Origin: Spirochaetia bacterium
GTDB taxonomy: Bacteria; Spirochaetota; Spirochaetia; SZUA-6; Bin103
Assembly (NCBI GenBank): GCA_965199955.1
Contig: CBDATQ010000002.1
Coordinates: 1,408,001-1,472,000, forward strand
Reading direction: 5' to 3'
Length of the DNA: 64,000 nucleotides
Positions 19,501-28,466 of the stretch are shown piece after piece. Position 1 is the stretch's first letter, and each line of letters begins with the position of its first letter. Position numbers and translations under genes: made by a program. The notes under the pieces were generated by a model. The model was not told the origin of the DNA. It saw only the letters and a program-made list of their open reading frames with translations, and made no database searches.

Positions 19501-21242
19501 CCCGCGAGGCGGGGCGCGCCGGCGGCCCGGACGGCGGTTCCGACCAGCATGTCCAGCGCCTGTGCGGTGTCGGGCGTCGATTCGGCGCCGAGCGACTGCC
19601 GCAGGTCCTCCGCGGCGGCCCGCAGGGCGGCGACCGCTTCGCAAGCGGCGGTGAGCGACCTGGCGACGGCGGCCCGATCCATCCGCAGCAGCGTCCGCCG
19701 GCCGCTGGGCCAGAAATGGTGGTCGACGGGCGCGCCGATGATGTCGACGATCACCTGTCGCAGCACCTCGACGCGGTCTCGGCGCGCCGTGAATTCTACG
19801 CGGGTCCAGGACGGCGCCGCCGCAATCTCGATCGGCGGCCACGCGGCGGACCCGGCCTGCTCGAGCTGGGCCAGCCTCCCGATCGCATCGTGCGGCGAGA
19901 CGCCGCTCGCGCCGATCGGCGTGTTGACGGCGCGGGAATACGCATTGAGACGCTTACGGTTCTCGGCGAGCACCGCGCGATCTTCCGTGGGGTCGTCCAG
20001 GCACGGCTTCCCGAGCGCTAGGGTTCGCTTGAGTTCATCGAGCACCGCGCGTTTGTTCGCGGTGTGGCTGTGCAGCTCCAGACAGGCGTCGCCGATGTGG
20101 ATTTCGTCCAGCCGCCGCTTGACCACGTCGAGCGCCGCCATCTTCTCGGCGACGAACAGCACCTTCCTGTCGTCGGCCACGGCCTCGGCGATCAGGTTCG
20201 TGATGGTCTGCGACTTGCCGGTTCCCGGTGGTCCCTGAATGACGAGGTTGCGGCCGTGCTTGACGTCGATGATGGCGAGGGTCTGGGAACTGTCGGCATC
20301 GACGACATGGTGCGTGTCGGAGACACCGAGATGATCGTCGAGATGGTCGTCTTCGGTGATGGTCGAGTCCGGCTCCCGGAACCCGTCTTCCCCGAGCAGG
20401 GCCCGAATGACGGGATGATCGCCTGGCCGCTCGCCCTCGGGCCACGACGCGGGATCGAGATCCTTGTAGATGAGCAGCTTGTTGAAGGAGAAGAAGCCGA
20501 GGTGGATCGCGCGATCGTCGACCGACCACCGATCCTCCGCCCTCACGGCCGCTCTCGTCTTTTCGAAGTACTCATCGACGTCGATGTCCTCCACGTCCGG
20601 CAGATCGGGGAGGCGAAGACCGAAATCCTGCGAGAGTTTCGCCTGCAGCGAGAGGTTGGCGGCGATCTCGTCCTCGGTGAAGCGCAGGGTGAATCGCGTT
20701 CTCGCATTCGTCCGGCACAACGCCGCCGGGACCAGTATCAGCGGCGCCGTGCGCATGTCGCTGCTCGAAGCGGATTCGTACCACCGGAGCATCCCCAAGG
20801 CGAGATAGAGGATGTTGACGCCCTCCTCTTCGATGGACGTGTGCGCGGAACGGTAGGTGTTACGGAGACGGCGGCCGAGCTGTGTGTTCTCGTACGGCGT
20901 CTGGAGGCGGTTGTCGGTATGCCGATCAGCGGGTCTCGACGCGTCCGGGTCGGCGGCCATCAGCGACAGCAGGTCCTCCGGCACATCCTGAACATCGGCC
21001 GTCGGGGCGCCGGGGGCCGCGCTCGCCGGCTGGAAGGACATGGGACGTCTGTCGCGCACGAGAACCCGGAACGTCTCGCTTGGCATCTCGTCGACGACGG
21101 CCAGTCCCCGCATCTTCGACGGGCGGAAGTTCAGCAGGGGGTTGCGCAGTGTGAGGTCGAGGAGGTCCCGACGGGATCGGTCCAGCCGATCAGCGACCGA
21201 GTCCTTGTTGGGCATCGCGCCCGGCGGGTCGGATGTCGTCAT
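16515..21242 (-). CDS. DUF4011 / SF1 (Dna2/Nam7-like) helicase / Vsr-like endonuclease / DUF3320 protein (Hhe-like defence candidate)
   Basis: LLDLTLRNPLLNF, EEEGVNILYLALG.L.W, GPPGTGKSQTI, IFDEASQ, VGDSRQLPPT, HYRSRHESLI, VQGDERD, RRLNVLITRAR, IDLAV..GIECDGATYH..RDRLRQQILEGLGWTIHRIWSTDW. ATG 21242 follows GGGGAG. Confidence 0.92.
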   Translation of the reverse strand: MTTSDPPGAMPNKDSVADRLDRSRRDLLDLTLRNPLLNFRPSKMRGLAVVDEMPSETFRVLVRDRRPMSFQPASAAPGAPTADVQDVPEDLLSLMAADPDASRPADRHTDNRLQTPYENTQLGRRLRNTYRSAHTSIEEEGVNILYLALGMLRWYESASSSDMRTAPLILVPAALCRTNARTRFTLRFTEDEIAANLSLQAKLSQDFGLRLPDLPDVEDIDVDEYFEKTRAAVRAEDRWSVDDRAIHLGFFSFNKLLIYKDLDPASWPEGERPGDHPVIRALLGEDGFREPDSTITEDDHLDDHLGVSDTHHVVDADSSQTLAIIDVKHGRNLVIQGPPGTGKSQTITNLIAEAVADDRKVLFVAEKMAALDVVKRRLDEIHIGDACLELHSHTANKRAVLDELKRTLALGKPCLDDPTEDRAVLAENRKRLNAYSRAVNTPIGASGVSPHDAIGRLAQLEQAGSAAWPPIEIAAAPSWTRVEFTARRDRVEVLRQVIVDIIGAPVDHHFWPSGRRTLLRMDRAAVARSLTAACEAVAALRAAAEDLRQSLGAESTPDTAQALDMLVGTAVRAAGAPRLAGFDHRSPDWIARADELRSAARAIGEHADLHDAYAPLLRRDAWDADVESWRQPIWTWSRRWWRGVSRKYRTARDGLRMLCRGELPTDGSKQLAIVDAILDARRLRATIERSRELLSRLALEPPLDGDVSAQREFGETVAWLLDLHADRAVGAVADAIHDILDRGLERPAIEDRAARCRSAMDTLTGTVDAVASQLDVQPERVPEGMALAERRFSDLSAWLQHGRDKIETLDDIVHFNQHAARLADEGLGAVAEIASHWKDAGRHLTDLIEHCRLFALIRQAFDEQPVLAEFDGATHQQVIDRFRQLDLDLFQHNRALVADAHWERLPRGEGGGQLGVVRREFEKKRRHLPLRRLMTEGGNAILQIKPIIMMSPLSIAKFVPPDSVRFDLVIFDEASQVRPVDAMGALLRASQAVVVGDSRQLPPTSFFERIEDDDGDDDDEATTSTRDIESILGMFRAAGAPERMLRRHYRSRHESLIAISNHEFYDDRLVLFPGPDAGREETGLRFRLHADTRYERGARINAGEAGVVADAVMAHARKSPRLTLGVATFSLSQARRIEDEVEIRRRRDPSTEPFFADHPEEPFFVKNLENVQGDERDVMLISVGYGRIASGSMRKNFGPLNREGGERRLNVLITRARRRCEVHANFTADDLDLSRSGARGVEALKTFLQYADTGVLDVPRATGRDADSPFETAVADALRGRGHRVEHQIGSAGFFIDLAVVDPRRPGRYLLGIECDGATYHSARSARDRDRLRQQILEGLGWTIHRIWSTDWFQDHRREIEKVDGAIRRAGAGAPPAPARDALSSRPVQRDEPVVRPVDDASCRYELARITIEHGDGESQSLLHIVDVESPIHVEEATRRMAAQNQRATKKRIRAIAALAERLAATGAIQRRGDFLWRAGHDSPDVRRRDDDLPSSLSKPDMLAPEEVAAALLHVVRHSYGIDADSAVIRATRLFGFRRAGSELRSRFSTVLNDLVHENVLQEHGGQFKVRANGD

Positions 21243-21451
21243 AGAACTCCCCGGGTCGCCTGACGTGGCGCCCTTGCTATTGTTCGCATCGGATCGCAAT
21301 CGGCGGCTTGTGACGAGGTCGGGCGCGGTCGGAGGAGACGCCGACGGTGGCGCAGGCATCCCGGTGCGACGCTCGCGCGGGGCGTAGTTGGCCTTCCGCA
21401 GGAAGATTTGGCAGCGTGAGCACGAACGACTGGACGGACGCGACCGGTGGC

Positions 21452-21960
21452 TCACGCGTTCGTCTCCGATTGCGCGGCCGGCAGCGGCTCGATCAGCAGA
21501 TCGCGCACCGCGTCGAGCATCACCGCCAGCTCGGAACGGTCGTGCTTGTCGAGCGCCGGCACCGGCGCGCGCACGAACTCCGAACGGATCAGCCCGCGCC
21601 GGCGCAGCGTCGCCTTGGTCATGCTCATGCGGAACACTGCCTGCATGTTCAACAGCGGCAGCACCCTCCCGAACAGCGCCCGCAGGAGCGGCTCGTCGCC
21701 GCGGCGGTGGGCGGCGACCATCGCCGCGTGCACCTCGGTCAGCTCGCAGGCCGGCATCGTCCCGCCCGCGCCGCGCAGCAGCTCGTCGGCCAGGTAGCGG
21801 CCGCCGGCGCCATCACCATCGCCGCGGTCGCGCCCAAGCCCCTGCCATGCGAGGCGAGGGACGCAGCCGCGCGCGGCGTCGGCGACCGCTGCCAGGGCGG
21901 CGGTCCGTTCTTCGACGGTCAGTGCGCTGAATTCGCTGGCCTCGCCCGGGGTACACTAAC
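21452..21960 (-). pseudogene. Dihydrodipicolinate synthase (DapA)-family aldolase with internal deletions
   Basis: Ordered fragments ASEFSALTVEERTAALAAVADAARGCVP, GLGATAAMVMAP and GAGGRYLADELLRGAGGTMPACE...; the central region with the catalytic Lys is missing. Confidence 0.7.
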
Positions 21961-22147
21961 CCGTCGGCGCCGGCGTCCACCGTGTCGGGATCTACCATGC
22001 GGTTCGCCATGCCGGCGCCTCGCCGGCCATGGAGGATATGAGCATGCCCAAGGATACCGCGATGCGGTCCGGCGAGGCCGGCTTGCCATGGCCCGCCGGG
22101 CACCGTGCCGATACGATGTCCATCGTTCTTCGGAACGCGGATAGCTG

Positions 22148-23173
22148 ATGAGTACGACATTCACCTTTGTTCCGGCGCGCGACCGGCCCGTGTGGAGCAC
22201 GGCGCCGCTGACCACCCGCATGGTGTCGCCGTACCGCGACCGCGCCGGCCGCGTGCACGTCTTCGCCGACTCGTTCGACCCGAGCGAGCCGGGAAGGTTC
22301 CAGGACCGGCTGAGCTCCTGGGAAGCGGTGCAACGCTACTACTCGACCCGCGACTTCGAGCGCTTCGACGACCACGGCGTGGTCGTCGGACGCGGGCGCT
22401 GGACCGGCGATGCGGCCACCTCGGACGCGGACTGCGTGGGCGCCGGCAGCCCCGGCGTGACCGTGGCCGGCGACCGGGTGCTGCTGTTCTACGCCGGCCG
22501 CGGGCCGGCCGATCCGGCGGGGCCGTTCGAGCACAGCATGAACCGCGCAGATCTGCCGGGGCAGATCATGCTGGCCATCGCACCTGCCGATGCCGACGGC
22601 GCGCCCGCCGGTCCGTTCGTGAAGCAGGGCGCGGTGACCGACTACGGAGCCCCGTGGCGCTCGATTCGGCACGACGACCCGCGGCCGGTGGTCGCCGGAG
22701 ATGAGATCCTGCTGTTCTTCAAGGGAATAGGACCCGGCGACACCTACGCCAACCGGGTCATCGGGCTGGCCCGTACGCCGATCGACCGGCCTGAGGGGCC
22801 GTACGCGATCCATCCCGAGCCGGTGCTGCGATCCGAGCGCGGCTGCGAGTCGCCGCGCGTGTTCCGGGTCGGCGACGAGTGGCACATGTTCGTGCTGCGC
22901 TACAGCACGCCCGAGAGGCCGGGGATGCGCCGCTACGGCCACTACCGCGGTGCGGACCCGTTTCACTGGGAGCTGGTCAACGACGATGCCTACGTCACCA
23001 CCAGCGACCGCCCCGGCGTTGGCGCGGCCGACATGTGCCCGGTATGGACCCCGTTCGACGACGGGTCACCTCGCCTGGCCCTGGCCAACCGCATCGACGA
23101 CGGCACCTTCGGTGACCCCGGCCTGTTCAAGCAGTGGCTGTGGGAAATCCGCGAGGTCCCGGCCGTCCGCTGA
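22148..23173 (+). CDS. Five-bladed beta-propeller glycoside-hydrolase-like protein (GH43/32/117-type fold)
   Basis: Repeating SPGV..LLFYAG, HDDPRPV..LLFFKG, IGLA...GPY..HPEPVL, ESPRVF..WHMF. Confidence 0.55.
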   Translation: MSTTFTFVPARDRPVWSTAPLTTRMVSPYRDRAGRVHVFADSFDPSEPGRFQDRLSSWEAVQRYYSTRDFERFDDHGVVVGRGRWTGDAATSDADCVGAGSPGVTVAGDRVLLFYAGRGPADPAGPFEHSMNRADLPGQIMLAIAPADADGAPAGPFVKQGAVTDYGAPWRSIRHDDPRPVVAGDEILLFFKGIGPGDTYANRVIGLARTPIDRPEGPYAIHPEPVLRSERGCESPRVFRVGDEWHMFVLRYSTPERPGMRRYGHYRGADPFHWELVNDDAYVTTSDRPGVGAADMCPVWTPFDDGSPRLALANRIDDGTFGDPGLFKQWLWEIREVPAVR

Positions 23174-23312
23174 CCGCTTGGCTGCACGAATTAATGAGGT
23201 TAATGGTGAAGTCGTTAAACTCGTTAATCTGAGTAAACTCCCTTCCCCCCACTGAGTTGACCGTCGAGTCCGATTGCTGATCGGGGCGCTGAAGGGATAA
23301 AGGAGCTGCGTG

Positions 23313-23537
23313 ATGGCTGAGCCGGACCGGAGAGACGAGCGGGAGGTGGAGTTGCGCATGGCGCTGCTCCGGGAGCGGTACGGGGACCGGTTCGCGGAGC
23401 CGGAGCAGGAGGCAGAGGTGCGCAGACAGGTGACCCAGGAGCTGGTCAAAGCCTCCCGGACGCTGCGGGAGGCCGTGGTCGAGCCGGAGCACGAGCCGTT
23501 TCCGCCGTTCCGGCCCTACCGGAGCGATGACCGGTGA
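23313..23537 (+). CDS. Small acidic protein coupled to the amidase (GatC/AtzG-like partner candidate)
   Basis: AAGGAG RBS; about 74 aa; GTGA overlap with the amidase; C-terminal EPEHEPFPPFRP. Confidence 0.6.
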   Translation: MAEPDRRDEREVELRMALLRERYGDRFAEPEQEAEVRRQVTQELVKASRTLREAVVEPEHEPFPPFRPYRSDDR

Positions 23538-24955
23538 ACGAGCGCGACGCCGTCTTCCTGCCGGTGCGCGAGCTGGCCGAGCGGGTACGGGCGCGGCAGG
23601 TGTCGCCGGTGGCACTGACGCGGCTGTTCCTGGACCGGCTGGAGCGCCTCGGCCCGCGGTACAACGCGGTGGTCACGCTCACTCCGGAACTGGCCGAGAA
23701 GCAGGCGCAGGAAGCGGAGCGGGAGATCGGGGAGGGGAGCTACCGTGGTCCGCTGCACGGCATCCCGTACGGCCTCAAGGACGTGTTCGCCACCAAGGGC
23801 TACCCGACCACCTGGGGCGCGGGGCCTCTGCGCGACCAGGCGTTCGACTACGACGCCACCATCGTGCGCAGGCTGCGGGACGCCGGCGCCGTGCTGGCCG
23901 CCAAGCTGGCGATGGTGGAGCTGGCCGGCGGCACGGGCTACCGGCGGGCGAACGCCTCGTTCACCGGCCCCGGCCTCAATCCGTGGGACACGGGGACATG
24001 GAGCGGTGGCTCGTCCAGCGGATCCGGGTCGGCGGTCGCGGCAGGGCTGGTGCCGTTCGCGATCGGCACCGAGACGTGGGGGTCGATCGTGGGGCCGTCC
24101 ACCAACTGCGCCGTGTCCGGGCTGCGGCCAACCTTCGGCCGCGTGAGCCGGCACGGCGGCATGCCGCTCACCTACGGCATGGACAAGCCGGGGCCGATGT
24201 GCCTGACCGCCGACGACTGCGGCCTCGTGCTCGACGCGGTCGCCGGCCATGACGATCGCGACGAGGCGACCACGAATCGGACCTACGAGTACCGACCCCA
24301 CCGCTCCGAGCGCCGCCGCTACCGGTTGGGGGTCCCCAGGGGGGTGCCCGACGGCTCGCAGCCGGGCGTGCAGGACCGGTTTCGGGACGCGCTGGACGTG
24401 CTGGCGGAGGTGGCGGACATCGAGGAGGTCGAGCTTCCGGACCTGCCGTATGCCGAGGTGTCCAGCACGATCTTCCTGGCCGAGTCGGCCAGCGTCATGG
24501 AGGAGCTCATCGACAGCGGCATCACCGCCGGGCTCACCGCGCCGGAGGCGCGCATCGGCATCTATCCCCGCGCCGCGGTGCTGGCCACCGACTACCTGCG
24601 CGCGCTGCGCCTGAGGCGCACCATCGCCGTGGCCGCCGACCGGCTGCTAGCGCGCTACGACGCTTTGCTTTCGCCCACGCGGCCGACGGTCGCGCCGCCG
24701 GCCGACCGGCCCTGGGTCAAGAAGCCCGGGGAGCGCGCGGCCGATCCTCTGGGAGCGTTCGGGAGCTGCATCGGGCTGCCGGCGACCTCGGTGCCGATGG
24801 GGTTCGCGGACGAAGGCTTGCCGATCGGGCTGCAGATCCTGGGTCGTGCCTATGACGAGAACGTGGTGCTGGCCGTCGCCTCCGCCTACCAGGAGCTGAC
24901 CGACTGGCATGCCCGGCATCCTCAGGACCTGCTGCAGGGCATCGCAGCGGACTGA
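23534..24955 (+). CDS. Amidase signature family enzyme
   Basis: GPLHGIPYGLKD, GGSSSGSG, IGTETWGSI (Ser-cisSer-Lys triad), GLPIGLQI. Confidence 0.92.
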   Translation: MNERDAVFLPVRELAERVRARQVSPVALTRLFLDRLERLGPRYNAVVTLTPELAEKQAQEAEREIGEGSYRGPLHGIPYGLKDVFATKGYPTTWGAGPLRDQAFDYDATIVRRLRDAGAVLAAKLAMVELAGGTGYRRANASFTGPGLNPWDTGTWSGGSSSGSGSAVAAGLVPFAIGTETWGSIVGPSTNCAVSGLRPTFGRVSRHGGMPLTYGMDKPGPMCLTADDCGLVLDAVAGHDDRDEATTNRTYEYRPHRSERRRYRLGVPRGVPDGSQPGVQDRFRDALDVLAEVADIEEVELPDLPYAEVSSTIFLAESASVMEELIDSGITAGLTAPEARIGIYPRAAVLATDYLRALRLRRTIAVAADRLLARYDALLSPTRPTVAPPADRPWVKKPGERAADPLGAFGSCIGLPATSVPMGFADEGLPIGLQILGRAYDENVVLAVASAYQELTDWHARHPQDLLQGIAAD

Positions 24956-24989
24956 CCCGAGCTCCCGGGTATAATCACCGCGGATCACG

Positions 24990-25814
24990 ATGGAGGTTAA
25001 TCCCCGCGTCGGCGTGTGCAGCATCGCCTTCAAGGAGCGGAGCGCCGCCGACGCGCTGCGCGCCATCGCCGCCGCCAGCGCCGACAGCGTCGAGCTGTGG
25101 GGCCAGCCGCCGCACCTGCCGTATCCCGTGGACGAGGCGTGGTGTTCCGCCCTGCGCGAACAGGCGGCCGAGCTGGATCTGAGCTTCTGTGCGCTCGGCT
25201 CCTACCACTGTCCGGGGCGCCATCCGTCCTACGACGGCCATCCGGTGACCAGGGAGAACCAGCTCGCTGCCGCGCGGGCGCTGGGCGCGCCGATCGTGCG
25301 CATCTGGCCAGGCAGCGCCGCCCGTGAGGCCACGGAGCCCGCGGAGCGGGAACGCCTCTATACGGAGATCCGCGACTTCGCCGACGCCGCCGGCGACGAC
25401 GGCATCCTGGTGGTCCTGGAGCGGCACGTCGGCTCGCTGACCGAGGGATGGGATTCGCCGCTCACGGTGCTTGCCGAGGTCGACCACGCCAACGTGGCGC
25501 TCAACTACCAGGTGGTGTACCCGGCGCCGCGTGAGGAGCTGGCCACCCGCGCGGTGCCCGACTACCGGCGCCTGCTTCCGCACTCCCGCCATGCGCACCT
25601 GCAGAACTACGTCGCGGCAGCCGGCGACCGGCCGCCGCGGACCCTGATCGCCGACGGCGTGGTGGACTACGGCGAGCTCGGTTCCGCGGCGCGCGAATGC
25701 GGTTACGACGGCTCGTTCATGATCGAGTTCCCGGCCGACGAGCGCGGCGGCATGAGCGTGGACGAGGCGATCCGCGCCGATGTGGCCGGGGTGCGCGGCC
25801 TGCTGTCGAAGTGA
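24990..25814 (+). CDS. Sugar phosphate isomerase/epimerase (xylose-isomerase-like TIM barrel)
   Basis: VELWG, ARALGAPIVRIWPG, LERH, HAHLQN, GYDGSFMIEF. TATAAT at 24970-24975. Confidence 0.8.
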   Translation: MEVNPRVGVCSIAFKERSAADALRAIAAASADSVELWGQPPHLPYPVDEAWCSALREQAAELDLSFCALGSYHCPGRHPSYDGHPVTRENQLAAARALGAPIVRIWPGSAAREATEPAERERLYTEIRDFADAAGDDGILVVLERHVGSLTEGWDSPLTVLAEVDHANVALNYQVVYPAPREELATRAVPDYRRLLPHSRHAHLQNYVAAAGDRPPRTLIADGVVDYGELGSAARECGYDGSFMIEFPADERGGMSVDEAIRADVAGVRGLLSK

Positions 25815-27307
25815 CCGGAGACGCGACGGCAACGCGCCGGGGAGGCGCCGGCCGGCCCCCGCACATCGTCGTGATCCTGTCGGACCAGTTGCGCGCCGAC
25901 TGCGTCAGCTGCTACGGCAACCCCATCATCCGGACCCCACACGTCGACGCGCTGGCGGCCTCCGGCACGCGCTTCGCACAGGCGTTCTCGCAACATCCCC
26001 AGTGCGCGCCCAGCCGCGCCTCGATCCTGACCTCCCGTTACCCGCACGTGAACGGCAGCACCTCGAACTACGTGGCGGTCGGCGATCACGAGCTCACCCT
26101 CCCGGAGTATCTGCGCACGCACGGGTACCGCACCGCCGGCACCGGCAAGCTGCACCTGCCGGCGGCCAGGCTCGAGGCCGGCTTCGACGAGCTGATCCAG
26201 AGCGAAGGCCAACGCTCCGGCGCCACTGACGCGGAGGTGCTGCACCCGCACTACAAGGCGTGGTTGAAGGCAAATGGCCACTGGCAGACGGCGGTGGAGG
26301 CGTTCGCCATGCACGGCCGGCCGGAGTACCTGGAGGGATTCCGGGCGGCCGTCAATCCGCTGCCCGAGCGCGCCTACTTCGACGGCTGGGTGGGCGACCG
26401 AACCGTGGAGCTGATCCAGCGGCATCCGGACGAGCAGCCGCTGTTCCTGTTCGTCGGCCTGCCCAACCCGCACATCCCGTTCGACGCGCCGGAGCCGTAC
26501 GCGTCGATGTACGACCCGGCTGCGCTGCCGCTGCCGGCCACCTTCGGCATGGGACTGGCGAACAAGCCGCCGCAGCACCTCGGCTACAAGCGTCACGGCC
26601 GCAAGGAGAACTTCGAGGATCTGGACGAGTCGGCTCTGCGCCGCGTGACCGCGCTCTACTACGGCAGCATCTCCCTGGTGGACGCGCAGGTGGGCAAGGT
26701 GATGGCGGCACTCGAGGAGCGCAGCATGCTGGAGCACACGGTTGTGGCGTTCCTGTCGGACCACGGCGAGTTGCTCGGCCACTTCGGCATGCTGATCAAG
26801 AGCATCGACGAGTACCCGATGCTGTACGACGTGGGGCTGCACGTGCCGCTAATCATCCGCCCACCGGGCGGCGAAGCGGGCCGGGTGGTGGACGAGCCGG
26901 TCGAGCTGGTCGACCTGGCGCCGACCCTGCTCTCGTGCGCGGGTCTGGAGGTGCCGCCGGAGATGCAGGGAACGAGTCAGCGAAGCGCGCTGCTTGGAGG
27001 CGAGCCGGCGCGGCGCGAGTACGTGTTCGCGGAGTCCGGGCCGGTGAAAATGGTGCGGGGAGAGCGTTACAAGCTCGTGCACTACCCTGGGCAGCCGTAC
27101 GGGGAGCTGTACGACCTGCAACGCGACCCGCACGAGGCGGACAACCGCTTCGACGATCCCGACCTGGCACCGCAGCGGGAGCGGCTCACCCACGCGCTGC
27201 TGGACCGCCTGATAGACGCCGAGGGGCCTCTGCACGGCGAGTCGCAGCGCGGGCCGGCGTACTGGCGGCGCCAGTATCGGTTACCGTTCGAGTCCGAGGC
27301 TTGGTGA
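25811..27307 (+). CDS. Sulfatase (formylglycine-dependent, Cys type)
   Basis: ILSDQLR, CAPSRASILT (CxPxR), GKLH, SDHGE, ELYDL..DP.E. Confidence 0.93.
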   Translation: MTGDATATRRGGAGRPPHIVVILSDQLRADCVSCYGNPIIRTPHVDALAASGTRFAQAFSQHPQCAPSRASILTSRYPHVNGSTSNYVAVGDHELTLPEYLRTHGYRTAGTGKLHLPAARLEAGFDELIQSEGQRSGATDAEVLHPHYKAWLKANGHWQTAVEAFAMHGRPEYLEGFRAAVNPLPERAYFDGWVGDRTVELIQRHPDEQPLFLFVGLPNPHIPFDAPEPYASMYDPAALPLPATFGMGLANKPPQHLGYKRHGRKENFEDLDESALRRVTALYYGSISLVDAQVGKVMAALEERSMLEHTVVAFLSDHGELLGHFGMLIKSIDEYPMLYDVGLHVPLIIRPPGGEAGRVVDEPVELVDLAPTLLSCAGLEVPPEMQGTSQRSALLGGEPARREYVFAESGPVKMVRGERYKLVHYPGQPYGELYDLQRDPHEADNRFDDPDLAPQRERLTHALLDRLIDAEGPLHGESQRGPAYWRRQYRLPFESEAW

Positions 27308-28077
27308 TGCACGCGGTCGAGCTGCAGTGGGTGACCTACGCCTACCCGGAGGGAGACGAGCCGGTGTTCACCGACCTGTCGCTCCGGCTGCCGTCCGGCG
27401 TGGCCGCGTTCGTGGGCCAGAACGGGACCGGCAAGTCCACGCTGATGCTGCTGGCCTCGGGCATCGCCCTCCCGGACTCCGGCACGGTGCTGCTGCAGGG
27501 CATCGACACGCACGACCTGCGCGACCTGCACGAGCGGCAGCGCTTCGTGTCGCTAATCCATCAGAATATGGAGTTCGAGACCGAGGAGCCGATCGGCGAC
27601 CTGCTCGCACAGGTCTACCTGAGCGGCTACCACGAGGAACACTCGGAGGAGTTCGTGCGCGAGCTGGTGCGCGTCTTCGACCTGCAGGAGGTGCTGCTCA
27701 AGCGCACGCAGGAGGTGAGCAAGGGCGAGCTGCAGCGCACGCTGCTGGCGTTCTGCCTGCTGTACGGATCGCGGATGCTGATGATGGACGAGCCGGTGTT
27801 CGCGATGGAGGACCACCAGAAGCGCACGGCGATGGGCTTTCTGCACGAGTACGTGCGCAGCGAAGGACTCACCTGGTACTACTCCGCGCACGAGCTCGAC
27901 CTGTCGGAGCAGTACTCGGATCAGGTGGTGCTGTTCCGCCCGGATCAGGACCTGTTGATCGGCCCCACGGCCGAGGTGCATACCCGCGAGCAACTGGAGC
28001 GCGCGTATGAGGCGCCGTACGACACGCTCAAGCAGCGGGAAGAGCTCTACCGGCAGACCCTGCCGGGCATGCGGTGA
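27307..28077 (+). CDS. ABC ATP-binding protein
   Basis: GQNGTGKST, degenerate signature VSKGELQR, LMMDEP, SAHEL. Confidence 0.85.
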   Translation: MHAVELQWVTYAYPEGDEPVFTDLSLRLPSGVAAFVGQNGTGKSTLMLLASGIALPDSGTVLLQGIDTHDLRDLHERQRFVSLIHQNMEFETEEPIGDLLAQVYLSGYHEEHSEEFVRELVRVFDLQEVLLKRTQEVSKGELQRTLLAFCLLYGSRMLMMDEPVFAMEDHQKRTAMGFLHEYVRSEGLTWYYSAHELDLSEQYSDQVVLFRPDQDLLIGPTAEVHTREQLERAYEAPYDTLKQREELYRQTLPGMR

Positions 28078-28420
28078 AGCTCTACGATCGCACCTGCACT
28101 CCCGCCACTCCGTGGACTCGATGGAACCCGTCGATCCGACGGTGCTCGACCCCATCCTGCAGGCGCTGATCGATGCCGGCGTGATGCCGGAGATCAACAC
28201 CGCCGGCATGCGGCGGCCCGAGGTCGAAGCGTACCCCGCGTGGCCGATCCTCCGGCGCTACCGGGAGCTGGGCGGGCGCGCCGTGAGCATCGGCAGCGAC
28301 GCCCACCACAGCCGCGACATCGGCGCCGGATTCGGCGAGGTCGCCGCGCGGCTGCAGGCCATCGGTTTCGAAGGCGAAGCGGTGTTCCGGGAGCGGGTGC
28401 GCAGCCTCATGCCGTGGTGA
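28074..28420 (+). pseudogene. PHP-domain histidinol-phosphatase-like gene with a large internal deletion
   Basis: N-terminal KLYD/HLHSRHSVDS joined directly to C-terminal EINTAG...YP...IGSDAH. About 115 codons, far shorter than a full PHP domain. Confidence 0.7.
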
Positions 28421-28466
28421 ATGCGCTGAGCTGCTGCGGATCCCGAACACTTCGGCGCCGAAGTGA

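Larger units (their letters stand above)
15906..21420. mobile_element. Putative inserted ~5.5 kb defence cassette bounded by imperfect 11-bp direct repeats
   Basis: GGCAGCGCGAG at 15906-15916 and GGCAGCGTGAG at 21410-21420. Removing the interval rejoins a racemase-like reading frame. No integrase inside. Confidence 0.55.
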
